A program made the position numbers and the translations under genes. Shown in pieces: positions 41,957 through 64,000 of a DNA stretch of 64,000 nucleotides (the first letter of the stretch is position 1; each line of letters opens with the position of its first letter). This DNA is from Chrysomallon squamiferum. Lineage: Eukaryota; Animalia; Mollusca. The DNA lies in the NCBI GenBank assembly GCA_012295275.1, contig CM022672.1:806001-870000 (forward strand). The letters run 5' to 3'. The notes beneath the pieces were generated by a model. It was not told the DNA's origin and did not search any database. It saw only the letters and a list, made by a program, of their open reading frames with translations.

Positions 41957-43058
41957 TGTTAATAATGTATTTACTGTTGCAGGATATGGAGACATGGCTG
42001 TGTCTAACGCTGTAGGCAGCAATGTGTTTGACATACTCATCTGTTTAGGAGTTCCCTGGTTGTTACAGACGTCTGTCATCAACCCAGGAAGTCACGTACA
42101 GGTCTACAGTGAAGGTGAGGTTTGTCTGTCTGTCTGTCTGTCCATTTTAGTCTTTAGATCTGTATTTGTATAATTATGTGTATGTTGTGTGTTTGAATAT
42201 GTGTATGTATTGGCTGTGTACTGTATGTGTACTCTGTGTGGTTTGAGGCTGTGTGCATGAATTTGATATATCTTATTGAGAAACATAAAATAAATTGTAA
42301 TGTATGGGTTATTTACATTGTTATTTATATGTGTAAGTATTTATTTATATACGTATGTTTGCAGATTCTTATTTATTTATTTACTTATATATTTATTGAC
42401 TAAACACTTTTTATGTTATTTATATAATGTTGACATTTTTTTTTTTTTAAATTGTTTATTTATTTATTTGTTTGTTTATTTATTTATTTATTTCTCTTAT
42501 TTTTTATTTATTTTTTTTTTTGTTTATTTATTTATTTATTTATTTACCTATTTATTTGTTTACCTATTTATTTATTTATTTATCTATTTTTATTATTTGT
42601 TTGTTTATTTGTTTATTTATTTAATTGTTTGTTTTTGTTTTTATTTGTTTGTTTATTTATTTGTTTGTTTGTTTGTTTGTTTGTTTTTTTTATTTATTTA
42701 ATTGTTTGTTTATTTATTTATCTATTTATTTATTTGTTTGTTTATTTACTTGTTTATTTATTTAACTATTTATTTGTTTACCTATTTGTTTATTTGTTTG
42801 TTTGTTTTGTTTGTTTGTTTGTTTGTTTATTTATTTGTTTGTTTGCTTGTTGTTTCAGGTTTAATCTACTCGTCGCTGACTCTACTTTCGACTGTTGTGT
42901 TCCTCATCGTCGCGACACACGTCAACGGCTGGAAACTTGACAAGAAGTTTGGAGTTGTGTTGATGACAGTTTACATCCTCTACACAGTGCTAGCATCCCT
43001 CTACGAACTCAACATTTTCGGTTACTTTCATCCCAAAGAGTGCCCCAGTAGCTACTGA
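15022..43058 (+). CDS. SLC24A: Sodium/potassium/calcium exchanger (SLC24/NCKX family, NCKX3/4/5-like), 12 coding exons, ~553 aa
   Basis: Exons 15022-15220, 25837-26034, 27606-27706, 29011-29097, 32087-32187, 32564-32757, 35681-35701 (microexon), 36028-36129, 37912-38136, 39942-40043, 41983-42114, 42859-43058. They sum to 1662 nt with compatible phases. Motifs: [30 protein letters not shown], alpha-1 [17 protein letters not shown]...[24 protein letters not shown], alpha-2 [40 protein letters not shown] (with the NCKX-type Asp). Exon 1 and the two loop exons are less certain. The vertebrate paralog cannot be assigned, so the family root symbol is given. Confidence 0.93.
16683..17050. repeat. 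(GT)n-derived degenerate repeat with GGGTTT units
   Basis: gtgtgt interspersed with tttgggt, in NCKX intron 1. Confidence 0.85.
18062..18216. repeat. Tandem duplication, ~89-bp period, 2 copies
   Basis: aataat(c/t)tctagttgatttctttaaccattttgttaatatatccttgttataaattatagtttttct at 18062 and 18151. Confidence 0.85.
18960..19067. repeat. 46-bp tandem repeat, ~2.3 copies
   Basis: tctgtgtgcctttgactgaatctggtcactgttcagacacataata twice, plus a partial copy. Confidence 0.9.
24775..25815. repeat. 33-bp minisatellite, ~31 copies, ending ~20 nt before NCKX exon 2
   Basis: Unit gtaaagctgtatttaatatatttatattatgaa with variants. A 6-unit higher-order block is repeated twice (~24840-25240). Confidence 0.95.
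28636..29037 (+). repeat. 43-bp tandem array of 3' splice site + first 24 nt of NCKX exon 4 (9 copies)
   Basis: Unit atgttgtatcttgtttcag|GATGATGTAGGACTGGGTACTATA. Exon-start copies at 28667, 28710, 28753, 28796, 28839, 28882, 28925 (AG mutated to AT), 28968 and 29011 (real). Confidence 0.95.
33290..34293. repeat. (CA)n and (GT/GTAT)n microsatellite tracts
   Basis: CA-rich at 33290-33500 and GT/AT-rich at 33930-34293. Source of the HTHT/VCVC pseudo-ORFs. Confidence 0.85.
36155..36570. repeat. (TAAA/CAAA)n degenerate tetranucleotide repeat
   Basis: Direct reading. A complementary (TTTA/TTTG)n tract lies at 42330-42850. Confidence 0.9.
38137..38665 (+). repeat. 40-bp tandem array of the 5' splice site of NCKX exon 9 (~14 copies)
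   Basis: Unit gtgagttttcattggttgaattcacactgtcaaataacag. GT is intact at 38137 (real), 38217, 38257, 38297, 38377, 38417, 38455, 38615 and changed to AT at 38177, 38337, 38495, 38535, 38575, 38655. Confidence 0.95.
39381..40778. repeat. Inverted repeat pair (39381-39482 / 40677-40778, 102 bp) flanking NCKX exon 10
   Basis: atacacatatctacagtttaagtgtttg...ggtttatgattacattta is the reverse complement of taaatgtaatcataaacc...aactgtagatatgtgtat, with 3 mismatches counted by eye. Confidence 0.92.
41425..42015 (+). repeat. 73-91-bp tandem array of 3' splice site + first ~33 nt of NCKX exon 11 + (GTA)n (7 copies)
   Basis: Unit tgttaataatgtatttactgttgcag|GATATGGAGACATGGCTGTGTCTAACGCT(GTA)n. Exon-start copies at 41494, 41567, 41640, 41725, 41813, 41892 and 41983 (real). 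Decayed copies at ~41333 and ~41425. Confidence 0.95.
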
Positions 43059-43581
43059 CGTTCCACTACTAATACATCCTTTTATCAATGGACGTTTGTA
43101 TCCCAAATGGTGCCCCAGTATTTATAATTAATTTACTGCTAATATATCATTTTACTGATTTAATTATTTTTTGATATTTATATCCCAGAGAGACCTTCTT
43201 ATTTATGAGTTTAAAATTTTACTGAATTTATCATATTTTTAAAATATTTTTACCAAAGTCCCATTATTTGTTGAATTTTAAATTTGTCTTTAATTTTTAT
43301 TTTTTATAGTTTTCATTGTCTACAAAAGAAAAAATATAGGAAAAAAAGAAAAATCATGAAGTATTTCTTTGTAAGAAAATTTTATTCCAAAATGTAAAAG
43401 ATTTAAGTAAGTTTATGTTTTAATTGGATCTGCTGATTACATGATGTATATTTGTATATACACATGTATCTCAGCTATTTCACCTAAACTGAATGAAATG
43501 TGAAGTTTATTTCTTTTGACAAATTTACTGAAACCACAGATATTGTGTTTTGTATTTGACTGAGTGTATGTATGTGTTTCT

Positions 43582-43644
<63 letters not shown>

Positions 43645-45161
43645 ACACCTAACATATATAATAGTAATTTAAACAGAATATTTTTGACAGCTCTACTGGT
43701 ATAAATTACATTTTGTTAACTAATAGTAATCATGACATAAGTGTGACACTTATATTAAAACTGTAAAGTTTTGTAAATGTTCACCTATTTAATAAGTTAA
43801 TATTATTTATGAACTTTTTGTTTTTATTTGTACATAACAAACTGTTGTTTTTTATTTTTGTTTTTATGTTTTTTATCATTGACTTTATCTATATTCACAA
43901 AACGTCATCAGTTATTTTCAGTTTTTATTATTTTCATATTTGAAATTTTTATTTAAACATTTAATTTGCATCTTTTTTTAATCTATTAGAAATTTAATTA
44001 CTTCACACAAACAACATTTGTCTGTTTCCTCAGTAGAATTATCTAAAAAAACATCTCTTAGTTTTAGATTAAAAGACACCTTTTACAAATATTTCTAGTT
44101 TTCAGTTGAAATAAGAAATTTCAAAAAAATGTATTTCTAGTTTCTGCAGTAAAACTTTGAATAAAACAGAATTTGTTTTAAAACTTTGTGAGATAAAATC
44201 ATGTCATTTTGAATCTTTGTCAGATAAACTTCAATGCATATTAAAAAGAGAGACATTGTTTTAAGACTGATATTATTATGGTGACCTGTGAGTAAATTTT
44301 GTTACATTTTTATTTTGAAAATGGCAAAAAAATAATGTAAATGTGAAATATTTCAGAGACAATATAGTTGTGTTAGTGACATAGCATATACATGAAAATA
44401 CACTGGTGTTCATAAATATTTAACAGATTTAATATTCACATACATCATTATACAGAGTACATTCACACACAGAAACAGAAGGTCAGCTTACAAAAAGCAG
44501 CATAAATGTTTTTAAAATATCAGTTTTATTTTTATCATTTTTCTTTTATAATTTTAAAATAACTATGTATGTGTGTGTATGTATATGTGTATGGCTGTGT
44601 GTACATAAATGTATACATACATACAGACACAAACATTATATAAATCAAGTGAGTTATGTAGTATAGGTGATGGCATCAGTTCAGGATGTAATTATTTTTG
44701 TTAAATGTTTTTTCTTTTTTCTTTTGGCTTGACATTTCAGTATGATACAGAATATAAAATATGTCTTTAAGTGTAGATATTGTTTTTGTTGGTACATATT
44801 TCAGTCTATGAATTTTTTGTATGTGTGTGTGTGTGTGCATGTGTGTGTGTGTGCATGCATGCATGCGTGTTTGTGTGTGTGACTGACAGTGTGCAATTTC
44901 TCAGTGATATGACACATGTAAATGAGTCTTTAATACATTAGCATTAATTTAAATTTAAAATTCTGTTTTTATTCAGACAACGCTTAGACAAAACAGTTGT
45001 TTTATTTTTGTTTTTTTATAATCTGACTGAACTACATAAACTGATAATGCATAACAACAATAACTCTACATAATCTGAGTCATACTTGAACTACCTATCT
45101 ATACAAATTGTTTCTCAAAAAATATAAAAAATATAAAAAATAAAAATTATATATTTAAAAT

Positions 45162-45196
<35 letters not shown>

Positions 45197-45656
45197 TCAA
45201 AACATTATAGATGTAGGTGATATTATGTTTTACAGTATTCACATTTTTATATCTGAGTCACAAATTACATCTGTTTTCAAGTAAGTACTGAAATTAACCC
45301 ATTACTATAATTTCAATTTAGAAAGAAAAAATGTAAATAAGTCACTAAACTGCACATTTGTAAATACATGTTGTAATGAAAATTTATAACTGTTTTATTA
45401 AAATCATTCCAGACTGCTGTCATATGACTCAGGAAATAATGTAGTACTGGGCAAAACAAAGTTAAAATTATTTATACTGTATACAGCTAATAACTGCTTT
45501 GTTTAATTATATGCTGATATTTGTAAATATTCTGAGCATTGTAATGATTATTTTGATATTCTGAAAGAGATATATTTGTATATAAATCACACACACACAT
45601 TCACAGACACACACACACACACATTCACACAAGAACATTCATTATTTCATACTTCA

Positions 45657-45720
<64 letters not shown>

Positions 45721-46161
45721 AGTAGTTATAATATTAGGAAACAAATGATTTTTAAAATCAGTAATATTTTATAGTTAAGATACAGAGATTCAAGCTTAAT
45801 ATAAGAAATCATAATTTTACACACACACACGCACACACACAAACACAAACACACATAGACACACCTTGCTTCTTTTTAAGTTGTTGTTAACATTATTATT
45901 ATTGTTATTATTAATATGTAGACTGTTTTTTTAGTGCTTTTTAGTTTATTACAGTCAGGATCTAGAAATCACAGATTTGTATTTTTCCTCACATACAGCA
46001 TTGATCTGACTTGATATTTCAGTGAGGGTTTTTATAGTGTTAGTTGTGCAGAAACGAGTTTTTGTTAATTAATGGATGTTTTTATCTTAAAGTGTTCTGT
46101 AATACCTTTTTGTTTAATTGTCTTTCACTTTTTGTGCAATATAAAATAATTTTTTTATGTC

Positions 46162-46215
<54 letters not shown>

Positions 46216-46934
46216 TAGTTTAAATAATTGCTCTCTTGAATTGTATCTAACTATAAATGTACAGAGCCACTAATCCTTATAATACCACCAGAGTATCTCA
46301 GAATTAATCATCTACTTCAGTGAAATCAGACACGTTTTGTAGAAACTAACTTTTATTTATGTTTATATGCTTAATATGTGTCTAAACTTTACAAATTTAT
46401 GAACTCATTTACTAATTTGATATTCATAGTTTTTCCTATTTTTCAGTGTTGGCTTTCTTGGATTTGAATGTTTTATGCACCAAGTTCCCTAAAAACAAAG
46501 ATTTATCACCAAAAGATAAAAGTTTAGTTGAATGTAAAGAAGCTGTCCAGGTTACAGTGCAGAACATAAAATCTGAAATGTTTGTAAATGTCTCACAAAG
46601 TTAGTATACTTGAAAGTTGCAGAGATACAAGCTGAAACCTCTCAACAAAGATTTTATTTATTATTCATAAATCTATTTACTTGTTGTTTATTTATTTACT
46701 TATTTATTTATTATTATTTTGAATTGTAATTTAGCAACAACCAGCAAGTTATGTCAGTGTTTAATGAACTTCTCAGATTTCACTGAAACAGTTAATTCTG
46801 GGACAGGCACATCACTGAGTCATCTGTAAGAAATAAAAACTGTGTAATGTGATGCTGTTACCTGACACTGCTGTTCAGTCTGTGTCTTTCTACAGTGTCT
46901 GTTACAGAAGTGTAAGTGTGTGTGTGTCTGTGTG

Positions 46935-46980
<46 letters not shown>

Positions 46981-47157
46981 CACTATCTATATCTGCTACT
47001 GCTATGCACATAGTATTTATGTTGTACTGTGATACATGTCTATAATGTGCTGCTGTATTATATACATAATATATAATGTTGGATCTGGCTGTAATATATA
47101 TATATATATATCTATAATATCTTTTAACATGGTACTGTTGTATTGTATTGCTATAAT

Positions 47158-47188
<31 letters not shown>

Positions 47189-48108
47189 ATACATGGTTCT
47201 ATTGCATGGTACTGCTTGCTATATATACATATGATACATATCTGGCTAATATATTTATATCATGTGTAATGAGATACTGCAGTGTGGTGTTATAAAACTG
47301 TCACATGTACTGCAGATCAAGTTTTTCTTGTTGACTCAGTCGTCAAATGCTCAATTTCTTTGATCTGATGTTTTCTTATTTATGCACAAATAATTACAAA
47401 CAAGATATCTGAACAATCTGGAATCACAGAAAAATATATATATACATATTAAAATATCAGGAACAAACTATGTATTGTAAAAACATAAATAAATAAATAA
47501 ATAAATATATATGCATGAGTGTGATATATATATGTATATCAACCTCCAAGCAGATATGTAAAAAAAGTGTTCCTGTTTGATACAAGACACAGAGATAAAG
47601 AACTGACAGGAATGTTTTCTACTGATTGTAACAAGTACTGGAGTATTAAATTAAACTTGATCTTAGACATTGATCAGATAAAATATTTACATTGCAATCT
47701 TGGAGGACATTAAACGGATACTGTTGCTAATTCTAAAATAAAATGCACAAATTATGAAACCCCCAACTGTGATCCCAGAATGTTTGGACAAAGTTTATAA
47801 AAGTTTACAAAATCCATGTTTAAGTGCCTTGTTTTCTTATTTCTCATTTCTTTTGTATACGTGTCTACGTGTGTGTCTGTATACATTGTTTATTTATTTA
47901 TACATCCGTCGTTGTATTATTTTTTGAATATCCAGTATTTTAGTAAATCTGTGTACATTCCAATTAAATAAGAGAAGTAACAACTGTAAACTGGGAGTTT
48001 CCTGTACTAAAATAATCTTTTTAAAATGGAGAAATGAAGAATTCATCAAATTCAACAACAAAAGAAATCTTGTAAAATCCTAACATGCTTCAGCCCTGGT
48101 TTTTAACA

Positions 48109-48171
<63 letters not shown>

Positions 48172-48268
48172 GTTGCTGTTGTCATTATTACTACTACTAC
48201 TAGTACTACTACTATAATATTACTATTACTAGTAGTATTGCTACTATTACTGCTGCTACTACTATTAT

Positions 48269-48304
<36 letters not shown>

Positions 48305-48367
48305 TACTGGTATTACTATTGCTGCTACTACTAATACTATTATTATGATTATAATTATTATTATTAT

Positions 48368-48399
<32 letters not shown>

Positions 48400-48849
48400 G
48401 TACTAATACTACTTTTACTAGTATTATTATAATAAAAAAATTTTTTGTTGCTGTTAGTAAAAGAAAAAAATAGTTTTGCTTGCTATCTCAAAAAAAAAAA
48501 AAATAAAATAAAATAAAATAAAATCTTATTCATATATTTCTGAACTAAATCCTTCTTTTATTGTGTACCATACTGTTTTTAAAAATGTAAAGACATTTTA
48601 TTTTTATGTAAAACATTTTTTGTTTTGTTTTGTTGTTGTTTTAATTTTATTAATACTATAATACACAAAATAAAATTATCTGTATTTTTACAGAAAAATA
48701 AATATTTTTGTTGTTATTGTTGACTTGTTATTAGGTCTTCATCATCTTTGTATCATCATCATTGTCATCGTTGTGTCATTGTTATCATCATCATTGTTGT
48801 CATCATTATGAAATAATGAATGATATTGGACACTGAAATGTCATTCACT

Positions 48850-48887
48850 AGTGACGTCACTGTCTGTCGAATCTTCGGACACGTGTC
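48850..48887. promoter_or_regulatory. CRE palindrome (AGTGACGTCACT) and E-box palindrome (GACACGTGTC) ~1 kb upstream of prominin ATG
   Basis: Perfect TGACGTCA at 48852-48859 and CACGTG at 48880-48885, at the start of a CpG-containing zone. Function is inferred only. Confidence 0.4.
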
Positions 48888-48898
48888 ACGCTGTGCTG

Positions 48899-49146
48899 AG
48901 AACAACTGGTTCAAGTGATCATTGACACCCACCTTCTCATAGACATTAAAATACATGCCTTCGATAAACCAATCTGGAATGGGAAATATTCCTCTGGATT
49001 GGATTCAGAACAACTGGTTCATTCTCGCGTACACAGCATGTGATCATTTACACCCACCTTCTCATAGACATTAAAACACGTGCCTTCGATAAACCTACCT
49101 GGGACCACTTTTGGAATGGGAAATAATCCCTTGGATTGGATTGAGA
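48899..49146. repeat. Imperfect tandem duplication (~110-135 bp, 2 copies) upstream of prominin
   Basis: agaacaactggttca...gtgatcatt.acacccaccttctcatagacattaaaa...tgccttcgataaacc...tggaatgggaaata...tggattggatt occurs twice. Confidence 0.88.
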
Positions 49147-49414
49147 ATAAAAATAGCTCAGCAAACTGTGTATAGGTCTTTATTACTTGACGTTAATGGT
49201 CGACTCAGTCTGATAATCTGTTATAATTAATCTCTGGTTTCTTTTTATCACAAATACTCACAGAAAATAAAAAATGATACAAGTCAAATTCCTCTGTTGA
49301 TATAGAAAGAAAGTTTAGGCGCTGTTTTAAAACATTTTTTTTTAAATGTCATTTTTCTTTTCTTACTCAGTGGCTTAAAGTACATGAAAAACTGCAAATA
49401 TTTTATTATTAATA

Positions 49415-49465
<51 letters not shown>

Positions 49466-49617
49466 ATAAATATAATATAATATGATATATAATTATAATT
49501 TTATTTTATTATTCTCATTTTTTATATTCTTTTCCTTCATCTTACTATTGTTATTAATATTTTGTGTGTGTATTATATGTGTGTATGTATGATTGTATGT
49601 GTGTGTGTGTGTGTGTT

Positions 49618-49678
<61 letters not shown>

Positions 49679-49834
49679 AAAACAAGTAGGTACACGTCCA
49701 GCTGTATCTGTATCTTTGTAACAAATGATTGTTGTCAATATAACGTTTTTCTCTTATCACTGTGCAAACACGAAGCAGGATACAGCTACTTGTATAAATT
49801 TGTCCACACCTGTAACTTTATTCTAACACCAGTC

Positions 49835-63681
<13,847 letters not shown>

Positions 63682-64000
63682 GTAGTAAATTTATGTCTAT
63701 CAGTATATAAATAATGATTTTTCTTTTAACTATGTAAGTTACAACTTTCACGGATATAAATCAGTGGTTAAACAATGTTTTTTTATTAAACTGTTGTCAG
63801 ATTTTGTTTTTATCAGTTCATTACTGTTGTTTAATTAATACTAGTTCTGTGAATATCAGTTGCTTTTATTAAAATAAATTGTTTAAACTCATTTGCTGTA
63901 ACAAGATCTCCAGGTGCATGTCTAAGTTAAAATTTTAGGTTTATATCATAAGCGATATTTGTTTTTAGTACAAGCGATATTGATCTTCGCATGGTTTAGT

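Noticed and set aside
28636-42015. Repeat arrays as CRISPR-like loci
   Set aside because: They are head-to-tail tandem units with no unique spacers, there are no cas genes, and the context is eukaryotic introns.
1448-43058. Functional link between SLU7 (3' splice-site fidelity factor) and the neighbouring decoy acceptor arrays
   Set aside because: SLU7 acts in trans. Adjacency in an animal genome gives no evidence of a link.

Overview
Very AT-rich, microsatellite-dense animal genomic DNA. It looks like an invertebrate, possibly a mollusc, but that is inference only. Three multi-exon genes lie on the + strand, reconstructed by hand from GT-AG splice sites and phase continuity: SLU7 (pre-mRNA splicing factor, 1448-9417, 14 coding exons, one apparent +1 frameshift), a K+-dependent Na+/Ca2+ exchanger (SLC24/NCKX, 15022-43058, 12 coding exons, about 553 aa) and the 5' part of a prominin gene (49835 to beyond 64000, at least 19 coding exons). 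Nearly all ORFs in the supplied track are microsatellite noise. The most unusual signal is four independent tandem arrays whose repeat unit contains an exon-intron junction. Two amplify a 3' splice site plus the exon start (28636-29037, 41425-42015) and two amplify a 5' splice site (38137-38665, about 60830-61300). Each real exon therefore sits beside 4-7 intact decoy splice sites; extension to a decoy runs into a premature stop and only the exon-proximal copy keeps the frame. Also noted: a 102-bp near-perfect inverted repeat bracketing a frame-neutral NCKX exon, a structured CpG-rich intronic island with H/ACA-like layout, candidate microexons, a Tigger/pogo-like MITE and a probably misassembled prominin exon.
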